A DNA stretch of 62,706 nucleotides, counting the filler, from Circinaria calcarea (lineage: Eukaryota): NCBI GenBank assembly GCA_051942165.1. It is 6 parts of 6 records of this genome, joined end to end, with 100 filler letters (N's around TTAATTAATTAA, not from the genome) between each part and the next. Parts side by side here need not be neighbours in the genome. Positions count along the whole stretch, not along the records: positions 20,968 to 31,333 come from JAVECS010000816.1; positions 31,434 to 41,799 come from JAVECS010000817.1; 4 more parts are not named here. The stretch is one strand, 5' to 3'. Positions 23,901-36,131 of the stretch are shown here, in pieces (within the stretch, counting starts at the first letter, position 1; the number at the start of each line of letters is the position of its first letter). Under the pieces are notes generated by a model. That model had not been told where the DNA came from. It saw nothing but the letters and a program-made list of their open reading frames with translations, and did not search any database. Position numbers and translations under genes: made by a program.

Positions 23901-25471
23901 ACCAGGTTAGATCCCAGATGCAGATTAAATCTTCGATCGATGGTGAAGCCCGAAGCCACTCCGAAATCGGATTCTCAGAAGACATGGGTTTGAATTCCTA
24001 TTATAAGTCACGGCCAATGAACTCGGGTCGCACATCCAGGGACGTTCCCCAAAATTCTTCTTGTCTTATGTTCTGAGGAACTCCTGAGACGGGTTTTTGG
24101 TCAAGTCGAGGCGAGTTAAACTGATCTGTTACAGGGGGGTATAGACGCATGCTGGTGGTGTTATTGACATGGAACATTCGATACCTAGAGGTGCCTGCCT
24201 GAGGCTGGGACTTGGACTATGTCTTGGGCGAATGACTGGTCGCAATCCGGGTCCGTCATGAGCAGGACCAGGGGATATTCCGATTTGTGGAAATTGGGTG
24301 GACTAAAGTATGGGGTTCTGCACCTGCATTCCAGAATTAAGGTACGCGCCACTGGGCTTGTCCGCAGTCAGATAGATCTTTTGACGTAGTGGTGGGTTGT
24401 TTCGCATTGGCTCTGCATTGGTGCCAATGGGCTTGCATATATGCTGCGGCTTGGAGATCTTTTGGATGCAACGTCGATCCTCATCATTGTGTATGTCTGC
24501 GTACCTGCGCAGAAACTCGTTAAAAGCTGTAGCAATGGCAAAGGCTGGCAAAAATGTTTCAGTGCCGCATACCTCGAAATTTTGTCGCCGTAAAGCTCCG
24601 ACATGCATGATGCAAGCCCACACGGCAGGTGACCAAAGCGTTCAGTGCCTGTGGATTCCGGCTACGCTCGCTGGAGTAGGTGCGGATCATGTAATGTCGA
24701 AAAGTTCAATATGCGCAATGGATTCTCGACAAAGGCTTGTCCAAAACGAAAAGTTAAGAAGGCATATAATGCAGGCGTGATTTAGCTATAAGGTATGAGC
24801 TTCACATCGATGATAAATCCAGTTGATCACCATATGTTCAGACCGTTTATCCATGAGACACTTTACCCTAATTCCCCACTCCTTCTTCCCATTCTCTCGA
24901 ACCCAGGGGCCGTGCTGTCTTGCCCCTTCTTTCCCAAATTAAGTGTGCAGCAAGGCGCTTGTACCGTCTGTTCTTTTCAACCTGTTACATCACATGTAAG
25001 CTTGATTCATGTTGGAGATTGCATCGGAGCTTGGCATGCCCCTATTATCCGCCGGTACCATGTATGCAGATAGATAGCGGCCGTTTTTCCCGTTGCCTGG
25101 CACATTCCATCAAAATCTCTGTACCCACATTCCAGGCACGCTCTCTCTTCTGACAGCTGCTGGAGAAGCTTGACTGCGGATGCCGTGAAGCTAGTTGTGC
25201 TCCCCTTGTCCTTTGATCAGCCGAGAGAGCAGTACATAACATCCCTCAGCGTCATAGAAACCTCAGGACGACACGGTTAGCATAAATTGCGTCCTCGTTG
25301 CCTCATGGATCAGTACTTACACGGTTCGGGCGATCGGTCCCAGATAAGAGGGTGAGCAGCAGACATGTCCATCCAAGGAACATAGAAACTAAACGCAATA
25401 CTAGTATCGAAGCAGAGTTTAATGATGCATCACCATCAATTCCGCGTATAGATTCGTTCACGCAAGCCACA

Positions 25472-26704
25472 ATGGCCCACGTGGACAGCTTACACATCAA
25501 CCTCAGTCTATCGGACGATGTCGATGGTTCTCTGTACGAAAGTTATGCCTCCAGTTCAAGTTCGAGCTTTTCTTATGCGGAGCCGGCAACCCCTTGTTCC
25601 GAATCTTCTCACCGACCTTCAGTAACGTCCGAAGATTGGTCATGGCAATATCCACTTGCACTGTCATCAAACTCCCAACGGCAAATCCCTCCATCTACAC
25701 CATGGACTGAGCCAGAAATCTCACCGGTAGATCATTTAGCCACTGATCCACATATGAGGAGTATGTCCTCCTCGACCGGCGCGCCTTGCCTGGATGACTA
25801 TCTTTCAGACAATGGCTTAACGAACCAAAGTGGCGGAATCATACCTATCGAATATTCCATGCAAACGCCGGAACTGCAGCATTGGTGGCATAGCAATGGT
25901 ACACCTAGACATGGGCTACCGGGAATACCATGGTACCCACAAGAGTCGCTCGCGATCCCCGGGCTTTATACTGTCAATACCGAGGCAGTAGACATTGTCG
26001 AAGGTTTCGCAAATCCGCCGTTTGAAAGTGGCGTCATCGGCAGCGGGTATCACTCATCCTATGGAGAAAGGCTCAGAGCCGAACCACTAGCCCCTTTGAC
26101 CGTGGTTCCGTCCCAAACCTTTACTATTCCGTTCATTCCAAAACCGGTAATAGCAGATCCTTTCCAGAGTCCAGGGAAGACTGAGTCCGTTGGGTCGCCA
26201 GAGCGGAGTCATTCCCTTGATCGTTCAGTCAAAGCTGAAATCGAGATGACCAGCATGTATTGCAACCCACCTTTGCCTTGTCGAAACCGCCGAGCACCTA
26301 AAAAAGCCAAGAAAAATGAAACCTATCGCATCGGAGACATACAGTGCACTATAGCACAATGTCAGCGATACAAGTGCATATGGACGGACAAGGATGGGAA
26401 AAATTGCCAACGTTCCTTTTTGCGCCAAGAACACTTAAAGAGGCATACCGAAATCCACGTGCCTAAAATCCGGGTCATTTGTCCAGTGTGCAAGCATGAT
26501 TTTGGTGGCGGCCGGAAAGATAATCTGGTAACTCACATTGCGCAAACCCATTGTATGGGAGCGAAGGCGGAGCGGAGGGACCGTATTACTGAGGAGGAAA
26601 GACGAAAGTTGCCCCTTTGGCCAGAAATAAGTAGGAAATTAGAGAGAATCAAAGCGAGAGAGGAAAGGAAAAGAAGGGAAGAGGAGGAAAAGGCAAAAGG
26701 ATAA
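25472..26704 (+). CDS. Two-finger C2H2 transcription factor, BrlA-like
   Basis: Intronless 410-aa ORF with a Ser/Pro-rich N-terminus. Fingers CIWTDKDGKNCQRSFLRQEHLKRHTEIH and CPVCKHDFGGGRKDNLVTHIAQTH. RQEHLKRH and RxDNLxxHxxxTH resemble the BrlA recognition helices. Confidence 0.8.
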   Translation: MAHVDSLHINLSLSDDVDGSLYESYASSSSSSFSYAEPATPCSESSHRPSVTSEDWSWQYPLALSSNSQRQIPPSTPWTEPEISPVDHLATDPHMRSMSSSTGAPCLDDYLSDNGLTNQSGGIIPIEYSMQTPELQHWWHSNGTPRHGLPGIPWYPQESLAIPGLYTVNTEAVDIVEGFANPPFESGVIGSGYHSSYGERLRAEPLAPLTVVPSQTFTIPFIPKPVIADPFQSPGKTESVGSPERSHSLDRSVKAEIEMTSMYCNPPLPCRNRRAPKKAKKNETYRIGDIQCTIAQCQRYKCIWTDKDGKNCQRSFLRQEHLKRHTEIHVPKIRVICPVCKHDFGGGRKDNLVTHIAQTHCMGAKAERRDRITEEERRKLPLWPEISRKLERIKAREERKRREEEEKAKG

Positions 26705-27204
26705 AATAGGATTAGGGTGCTTGCTAGTATGTATCTGCAACGGAATTTTGCCTTTATAGTACTTCTGGTAAGACTTTCGGAAATCGACAAATGCTCTGCA
26801 TTCCGACGTAATATCTGCGTACTGAGTGCTGTCTCTGATTTATGGGTTATATGTAAAAGATACGATCAATGCAGATATAATGATGATAACATTCCGGAAA
26901 GAAAGGCTCAACATATCTGGAGGACAACTTCTCGTTCTTGGCTGACCACCAGCGGCTGATGAGAGTGCGCTCATAATTCAATGGAGAGAAACTAGTAGAT
27001 GCCTAAACAGTCTATAACCATGACCAAATATATCTCAAAATTAACATTACAAAAGATCGGGCACAAACAGTACGACTCCAACTGTACCAGCAGGTAACCT
27101 CCAAGGCCATACACAGACGGTACACCAACACGACAAAAAATAAGATGAAGTCGAGTAACTAGATCTATTGCTACAATACGGTGGGTCAAGTGGTAAGGAT
27201 GTAA

Positions 27205-28131
27205 TCACCACTCATCGCTGGGTTCTTTGAAATCCCGCTCTTCGAAATCTGCCTCGGCGAAAACATCTCAGTGGTAAAGATATTCCAAATTTGCCTCTGG
27301 GAAAGTTTCCGCATATGCGCTGCATACCTGCAGATCTGCGCCTCCAGTAGCAGCAGATGGATTTCCACCTGGTGCTGCTTCTGGAGAGCTACTAGCTTCT
27401 GGTCCCGGAGAATCACCGGCGCCTTGGGCGGTCATCCCATCCTGAAGACGATCTCCTTATGCCATGGCTTTTACGATGACCCTTGTGGTGTCCATGGCGG
27501 TGGTTTTCTTGATGTCTAGCATCCTCAGACTAAGTTTCAGGATACGCGCGTTGCGCGTTGCGAGCCTGCAGACCTGCGCCTCCGGCGGCTGCAGTAGCAG
27601 CAGATGGGTCTCTACCAAGTGCTATTTTCGGAAAACTGCTGCGCCTTGCGCGACCATCCCGTTCTAAGGATGACTTTCTTTGCCGTGGCCCTTGTGGTGA
27701 CCCTTATGATGACCATGGTACCTAACAGCCTCGGGCCATGCCTCGGGATACTCGCTGCGCGCTCCAAGGCTAGCGTCACCGGCTATTTCTGCACCGGTCG
27801 CTGGTTTTGCAGCAACAGATAAGTCACCGCAGGGCGATGCCTGCTGAAGAGCCCCACTGGACATCGCCTTGTTCCCGCCACGTCACGCCACGTCACGCCA
27901 CGTCCTGGATGACTTCAATTTTTCATACGGCCCGTGCCTTTTCCGCGGCCGCTAGCCTTGCGTCGATATAGTCCACCTTGAAGTCCGGGCTGAGCAAATC
28001 TTCTTTACATGGCCGAATTTCCGATGGTCCGTAACGGCTACGCCTCGAGAGCTGGGCCCAAAGCTGAAAGGATCGGCGGTAGCTAGGCCCGCAACAGAGA
28101 AGGAAACAATGATAGCTCGTGAGAAATGCAT
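27205..28131 (-). pseudogene. Secreted His/Gly-rich repeat precursor, disrupted
   Basis: Signal peptide MHFSRAIIVSFSVAGLATA. Repeats LGARSEYPEAWPEAVRYHGHHKGHHKGHGK, LQARNA..YPET*SEDARHQENHRHGHHKGHRKSHG and LQVCSAYAETFPEA. Stops at 27666-27664, 27532-27530 and 27270-27268, plus frameshifts. Confidence 0.6.
27877..27904. repeat. 10-bp tandem repeat (gccacgtcac, about 2.8 copies)
   Basis: gccacgtcac gccacgtcac gccacgtc. Confidence 0.9.
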
Positions 28132-31100
28132 CGTTGAAGTGTCGAAAAAAGGTGTGTTCAACAGTGTGATGAAAGTCTGTTTTCTTTAAATTGAAGTGCT
28201 CTTGGTCTTGTGGATAGGAGATAGGACAGCTGCCTGAGGTTGTGCTAAATAATTGCCCAGAGACTGAATGGTATGGTCTGATGTAGTTTGACAAAGAGTG
28301 ATACCAGCTTTATATTTTGCAATCCTCTCAACTTATCAGTGTCGACAATGCCTCTGCAAATTTCCGCACCATCCAGACACCAACCTCTTAAAAGAGCCAG
28401 TTCGGTATGGCTACACTACAGGTTACGCATTAGCTGGAGCAACATGTCTCAATACCCTGTTATCAATAACTCCGGCCAGTGTAATGAAACGGGATTCCGG
28501 CCCATATTAGGGACTGATTATCACGTCGCCTGTAGACAAGAATTCCACATCGTGTTGATCTCCAGTAGCTGATATGAACGACCGAGAAGGTCTTCAGCCG
28601 CCACCAAAGTAGAGCTTCTTTGGCCACTCCACATCATAGGGGAGGTTGAAGAAGATGTTGGTGGCCCATGATTTGGCGTCCGACGCCGCCTTTACCTCGA
28701 AAAAGGAACGGTGTTCCAGAGCAGGAAGGGCAGGATATTATCATAGCGATATCCTCCAAACCATATACCGAGGTCCAAGGCATTCTTCACGCGATTGTCT
28801 TTATGACGATATAAGTGTTTGTTAAAAAGCCTTCTTTCAACCTTGAAGGTCGTCAAGGAAGCACTGGAATACGAATTCGCTAGCCAATTAGGGGTCGCAG
28901 CTCGTTTGAAACTCGATGGCTGGCTAGTGAAGCTGCTGGCATTCTATTAGCCAAATGGAACGGATTATTCTATGCTTTCAAAACTCAGTATATCGGTTTA
29001 CCCGAGCTGTTGGAAAACCTAGCAGCTGTGAACGACATCTATTGATGTTACTTATGGCTCTAATCCAAGCGCAATTGAAATATGAAAATTCATCATGATG
29101 TTTTCAAGACTGAGTCGGCTGGAGTGATTTAGCTGCCTCGAAGCCCAAGGTGAAAAGTGTGCTCGGTGACCAATGCATCAAAGTCGCTGGTGCTCCTGAA
29201 GCCCAGTGCATGGCATTGAATTTCTTGTGCAGAAGGGGAAATCGGCAAAATTTTACCGCGCGCTTATCTACGAGAATTTTAGGGCGAATAGGGCAGGGCA
29301 GGCCAAAGTAAGTAGACCTACCATTTTTTATCACCGAGTATTAATTGAATCATGGCAAGCTAGATTACAGCAGACTAGACATCGAAGAGGAAAGAGGAAA
29401 GATCGGATATTATAACTTTCCCCGAATTCTCAGTAAAACCCCTAATCAACGGGACTCGCGGCACAAGACGCGACCCAGCCAGAAGAAACGGATGGTCATG
29501 GCAAAAGATAGAACCGGAGAGGAGGTAGTGTCTGGTCAATAGGTAAGACGCATGTGCCAGTCGTCAAGGGCGGCTTTTGCCTCTCTAGCCGCGCCAACAT
29601 CTCCAACGCGCGGATCAACAGATAAGGACATGTACCCCAGTCTTCGAGATTCGAGAGGATCTTAGTTGTCCGACCGAAAAAGCATTGCCATTATGGTGTT
29701 GGTCCAGAGAACTACCTCCCCATAGCGTCCCATACAAAACTGGACTCCCCTCCTTGCTAAAGTCATTCAAGGAAAGGAAAAGGGGTCCTTTATTGACCGG
29801 GGGCACATGGCTGCGGCAAAGTAGTAGTTCTCTCACCTAGCTACCGGCCGAAACCTCCTCTTGCAAATCTCTCAATACTTTCTTCCAAGCACAGGGTTAC
29901 ATGCCCACCACCCGTTGCTCACAGCCATGATTACGCATCACTTCATCTACGAAGACACGGGTCTTCTCAAACACTTCTGATATCGCTAACCACAATCAGA
30001 CCCCAGGTCGTTATTCTGCAAACCGTCGGAAACAGGAAAGACGAGTCCCAGAGGTATATAGACCAGTTCTTTGAGCCTAGATTGTCGAAACAGTTCATCA
30101 AATCATTTCAGGATTCACGGGACCGTTGGTTGTACATATCACATGGGAGCGAGGATGTTCCAGTTTCACACAAGGAGTGACGGAGCCGATGGAAAATGTT
30201 CTGAGTGTAGAAAGGAATGTCCCATCCCACCAGAGATGGGGGAGTGCGAATGATTTCCGTATCATAGTGGTCTCGCTAGGGTTAGGGTCGTTAAGAATTT
30301 CCAAAAAAAAAAACACTCTTGGTTATAAAATCCTACACCTCAAGCGGCCATCATCAGGAACATAAAAGGCAGATCCAATCCATCAGGCCAGTTCATATCG
30401 TCCACGTATCTATACAAATTCCCGACCAATTTACCCCTAAGAAAAACCCCCCATACCCAACATCAGAGAAATGCCCTTTCGCCATCTCTACGGCCATCGT
30501 CTCACCCATTAGGTTGCTACTCCCTTCCCCTGCCACCCTCCACTCTCCAATAAGGTGACACCCTGAAGCTTTTTCCAGCAGCGGGACCCCCCTACCAACA
30601 AGACAAACTGCTCCTGAGAGGCATCGCACAGCGCGTGCAGAAGGGTAGAGTATAGCTCTCTGGGCAAGGGGCATACCTGAAACTCAAAAAGGGGGGGGGG
30701 AGAGGCCTCAGTAATGGCATGCTATCACGTACCGTAGTTCATCCTGGGCTAGTGAAGGCGGGTTGCGGAGTATAGCAGTCCGCTTTTTTAACCCGTGGGG
30801 GGACCGGATGATTAATATATGATTTAAACAAACACCTTTATACAGAAAAAGACGAAGACCAAGATTCCAACCGAGTCCCGTACAAGCTATTGTGGGGGGG
30901 AGGAGGAGAAACAACCTCCCTGCACCACGAACCAACCCGACCGGGTTTGGGGATACCCGCAGAGAAACTGCCTCTAAAAGTGCAATACCACGGCTAAAAT
31001 GCACAAACGTTTCACACAAAACCCAAGGAAAAAACCAGACGGATGGGGAAAAACTTGGAATACACACACATGATGTAAATCAAAAACCGGTAGGACAAGT

Positions 31101-31333
31101 AGCATAACACCTCCATAACCACAACCACCGCCAACAAAACTTCCCCAACCACTCAAATATCCATCTCACTAACCCCGACCTACCTTCTCCCCCTGCGATA
31201 TAGATAAAAACGCAAACGTGCGAATCCTCTCTCTCTAACTCACCAACCCAATCCCCACCCCACACCACACTACACCCAAATCACCCCCAGCTCTAAGCCT
31301 GTGCCGAATCCCCATCCCCAAGCCCAGGAAAAC

Positions 31334-31433
31334 NNNNNNNNNNNNNNNNNNNNNNNNNNNNNNNNNNNNNNNNNNNNTTAATTAATTAANNNNNNNNNNN
31401 NNNNNNNNNNNNNNNNNNNNNNNNNNNNNNNNN
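31334..31433. other. Artificial contig linker
   Basis: N44-TTAATTAATTAA-N44. Confidence 0.98.
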
Positions 31434-32756
31434 AAGCTTTTCCTCACGCGAGTGCTAATACCACTCCACAAAGTCAAGAGTCTTAGCATGTACCATCCCC
31501 AACTAGCTTATTGTATTGTACAGTTTTTGGAGAAGGACGCGGCGCTGACAGAGGAGGTAAGTCAACCGCAATCCGAGCGTGGCCGTGTGTTCACCTGCCT
31601 GATTAGGTTGTTCTGGGCCTCCTTCGATACTGGCCAAAAGTCAACAGTACCAAGGAAGTCATGTTTCTCAACGAGGTTGAAGACATCTTCGAGGTAATGG
31701 ATCCAAATGAATTTGCCAAAGTGCAGGAACCTCTGTTCAACCAATTAGCCAAATCAGTGGCTAGTCCACATTTCCAGGTAAGATTATCTGCTGTCAAGTG
31801 TGAATGCCCAACTAATAGCATGGAAACTAAGGTTGCTGAGCGCGCCTTGTATTTTTGGAATAACGAATATTTTTGCAATCTCATCAGCGACAATGTCGAG
31901 GTTATCCTGCCAATCATGTTTGCACCATTGTACGAAAACTCCAAAGGGCATTGGAACAGGTAAATCATCCAATCACTCCTTGCTATAACTTGGCTGATTA
32001 CAAAGAACTATTCATGGCATGGTCTACAACGCCATGAAGTTATTCATGGAGATCAATCCTCAGTTATTTGACGATTGCTCGCATGACTATACCGAGATGC
32101 AAAGTAGTGCAGAGCAGAGGCAGCAGATTCGGCAAGGAAAATGGGATAAACTTGCGGAGCAAGCCAAGCAAATGCAAAATGGTCGAACATCTATTCAACC
32201 GCCGTCAACCAGCCATCGCGGGGTGAAAGTTACAGCGCCAACCCGGATAGATGAGGTGGACCCCATGACACAGGACAGTCAGAAAAGATTAGATGCTCTC
32301 AGATTACAGGATGATGGGATAAATGGGAGGGATCAGAGACGGCCAAGGGATCATGATGGTCAGACCGCGGTATGTATATTTTGAGCCTGTTTTTAGCTTG
32401 TTTATCACAACCTTACGATGTGTTATTCGGACCAACCGCATTATCTTCACCAACTGTATAAGTATACACTTCTCAATCTGATCTCGTACGTGGGGGAGAT
32501 CTTTATTCGTATATGAAAGTTGTCTATGGCAAGCATATGAAAAAAGATGAATACCGTTTATATTGCCTGAAAAATCTGTCATGTTTGCTGATCTGAGGCG
32601 CAGCGTCACCAGTCCCAAGATGAGCCTAGACTCCAACGGACAACTAGCGACGATGGACGGCCGAGAATTGAGCGAGGCAACTCGATAGGCGCCAATGACA
32701 TGGTGAAGTCTAGTACTGCGCAGCCGTCAAGTAATGGCTCCCACAAGGAATCATGA
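31434..32756 (+). CDS. RTS1: PP2A regulatory subunit B' (B56), 5'-truncated, multi-exon; last exon inferred
   Basis: [81 protein letters not shown]. Confidence 0.95.
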
Positions 32757-33711
32757 CCCGTCATGGTTAATATTTCTTTCACGTGTGGTCGATGTAGGCA
32801 TAGATGCGGTGAAAGGTTGAAAGGTTTCTTCGTTGCATGGACATGTCATTGGGATGCATTGTGGAATAGGACAAGGCATATGGCAAATATGATGCCGGCG
32901 ACACCGGCGCTCTCGCTCTCGCTCTCTGGCGAGGAGGGAAACAAACAGGTCTGGGTTCGGTGGGGTTCCTTCGTTTCCGTTTCCTCTGGAGCGCGTAATG
33001 GTTATAAATTACCACACGACTTTTGATGGACGGGTGAAGCGTGGGGTAAAAGAGAACTTTAGACTCGTTTAGTTTCTGTCGTGTACTAGATGAAAATCAG
33101 ATGCCTTTGCCGCTTTGAAACAATTTTTTCCCCTTGAGCAAAACCTCTTTCTGAGTGATATCCCACTTCCTGTGCCCCCATGAGAGCCCCAATGTCACAC
33201 TACATGGTAAGTCATAGGTAATCCTACCCAGTTACATTTCCTAGGCAGATAGATGATGATGCTCTACACGAGGGCCCCTTGGTTCTTGGTCCGTAATGTG
33301 GCACTTTCCCCATCCTTCCTATCCCCTTTTTCTATTTTCTCCCACCCCCGAATCTATCTCCGGAACTTCCTTTTCTAACCAAGCAGACGGGAAATCTCAC
33401 GTTATTGAAGTTCCAAACCCGCCCACCAACCCCCAAACACCCAATACCCAACACCCACGCCAGGGGGCGCCCGGGTGGGGACTTGAGGGTCTTGGGACCT
33501 TGAGAACTTGAGGAGTCGTGTAAAGTCCCGAGGTCCCAAGGTGTGATATCTTGGTAGGTTTTAAGGGAAGGGGAAGGGGAAGGGGAAGAGGAAGAGGGAG
33601 CGAAGCGGGATGAATTGGATTGGATCGGGAATCTTTTTCAATAGATGTTGATTGCTCAAGAATATGATAGAGGTTGATTTTTATATGAGGATTTTGGGGT
33701 AGGAAGCTGGA

Positions 33712-33770
33712 AAGAGGGAAGAGGGAAGAGGGAAGAGGGAAGAGGGAAGAGGGAAGAGGGAAGAGGGAAG
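33712..33770. repeat. (AAGAGGG)n heptamer microsatellite, about 8 copies
   Basis: Perfect polypurine array; a degenerate relative lies at about 33564-33600. Confidence 0.95.
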
Positions 33771-34933
33771 TGCGTGTCGGTTAGGCATTTAGAGTTGGGG
33801 TTAGGTAGAGTATGGAAGTCCCGAGGGTCAAAGGGAAGGGCCCTTACCATACCCTCTTACTTACTTTTTAGTGATTGAACCTTCTGTTACTCCGTACCAT
33901 AGTGGAAGGTGACTGTTATCAAGGTCCCTTGCGGAGGGATCGCTGTTATTGTCGCAAAAGACGCACCTATCGCGGAGATGTCTGTCGCAGAGATGACTGT
34001 TGCAGACATCACCAACATAGGAGGTCCGTCATAAAGGTCACTGTCGCAACAACGGTATTGCGACACAACTGTCATCACGACAGCGCTCTCTACTGAAAAA
34101 CCCGCAACAATGAACTTAGCCTATTAACTTCGAACCTCGGACCAGGCTTTCTCGGGGTAAACTACCTCTCCTGACAGAAATGTGTTTCGTTAGAGCAAAC
34201 ACCCCTTCCTCTGAAGTAAAGGCGTTGGGGTACGAAGTATCAAATTGCATATTTCCGGTTGGAGAAAAAGGGGGGTGGTAGATTTTGTAGGCGGAGGGTA
34301 GAGCATACGAGATAGGTGGAACTCCTCCATCTTTCGCCCCTTTTTCCCGGTGAAGGGGGGAGTTCGGGAGTTAGTGCTTCCACGATGACAAACGGGGGGT
34401 TATGGGTACCAAGGATTAAAGAAGATTATTGGTTTGACTTTTGGAGGTGGGGCATAGGTATGTATCGAGAGATAAGAGCAGGTGGCTGAATGGGGGAAAT
34501 TTGTTAGTTTACGAAGGTAGGGACGGGAGAAGGTGTTGAGCAGAATGTATAACAGCATGCATGAAGTGCTATTGCTATGGGTATAACTAATTAATTACCT
34601 ATACTACGAAAAAGTGCTTTTATGGGGTGTGTGGAGAGTATAGGGCATGGATCACGCATCCCGCAAATAACACGTGATTCGGTAAGCCCTATGACTTCCA
34701 ACAGGAGGGAAGTTTTTGGAGCGGTGATTGAATCACTGCTTGATGAAGTTGCGGTTCTAGTGGTTTGTGGTTATAATATGCCGTATCTGTTCTTGCTACC
34801 TAGTATCCCAAGAGAGTCTGCCCGCTATGCTACAAGCCTTACCATGTCATGCCTTGCCCATTGAGCGGCCCTGTTCCTCTTTGGCCCCCCGAACACCATG
34901 CTAAAACAAGTAAAAGGTGGATGAATAGACCAA

Positions 34934-35901
34934 TCAAACCAGCGCCGGTTTCTTCTTAATCCCCAAGGCAGCTGCAAAGTCTTTCTTCTTCTTCGGTGCG
35001 CGCTTGAATGTCGGTGGGGGCATTAAAGCTTTATCCCTTGCCTTCTCTCCTCCCAAACTCAAATCGGAGACGGTGGACGCGGAGACTGTGAGCGAGGGAA
35101 CTTCATCTTCCTCCCCGATCCTCCGGACCTTCTCCCCAGCCTCGGTCATAAATGCCCTCCTGGCCGCTTCCTCATCTTCCCGCTCTATCCTTTGCCTTTC
35201 TTCATCTTTCTCGTCTCTGACGCCTATTACTCCTTCCCCGCCTTCCCGTCCTACCCGTTCGTTCCTTGCGTTCCGCGTTCGAATTTCATCCAGTGCATCT
35301 GCAATCTGCATCTCCCTCTTGGCATCCATCGTCTTCGTCTCCAACTCCACCATTACATTCTTCTCTTCCTCTTCCCTTTCCAACCGATCCAACCTCTCCT
35401 CCTCACTCTCTTCCTTGCCTCCGTTCTCCGTCCGCCAGGGTTCGAAGTTGCGCTTCGCACCTCTTTCGCATTCGTAGTCCATATTCTTGGGGTCGGTCTT
35501 GAAGGTGATTTCGCCGGAGCAGCGGGTACAGCGGATGTAGAAGCGATAGATGGCGATGCTGTAGTATTTTTCGTCGGTAGTTTCTTTGCGGGCGTTGAAC
35601 TTGCGGCCTTTGTAAATGTATTCGCCGCAGTAGGTGCATTTCTACGCGGAGGGACATGGTTAGGCTTGCATATGTTCTGTCTAATCAGGAGGGTAGATGA
35701 TGCTTACCATGCTAAAAGGAGCCATCAAACGGACAGTGATTACTTTGGGGCCGGTAGATTTGGGCACACGGGTGCGGGTAATCTAGGAAGTGAAGGGCGA
35801 TGATTAGTAGGAGACCGTGTGAAGATGGAATCAAGAAAACATACAGAAGCCGGGTCAAAGTCCGGGGGATAGTACTTTGAGAGCACCTTACGTTCCGACA
35901 T
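34934..35901 (-). CDS. YJU2: Splicing factor Yju2/Cwc16, 3 exons
   Basis: MSERKVLSKYYPPDFDP, VRLMAPFSM, CTYCGEYIYKGRKFNARKE, RFYIRCTRCSGEITFKTDPKNMDYECERGAKRNFE. Confidence 0.95.
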
Positions 35902-36131
35902 CTTGAGCCTGGTTGGGTAGGGTTTGACCGGGGAAGGAGGATGTTAGGTATCGAGGTTGTAGTGGGAGGTCTTGTTCAACTTCCACCAAAGCCGTTGTGC
36001 ACGGTCCATGCGATGCTTATTCCAGCCCTGTGAGCGTTGACAGAACCGAACCCCGCTAGTTTTATATATAATCTTACAACTGACAGCCTCGAAGTACATG
36101 AACCTCCTACATTTGTCCGTCATAAAACCAA

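Noticed and set aside
28288..31333. Short ORFs at the end of contig 3
   Set aside because: No motifs or consistent splice structure recognised; the distal part is low-complexity.
35004..35803. Plus-strand ORFs of 157 and 203 aa
   Set aside because: They are antisense to YJU2.
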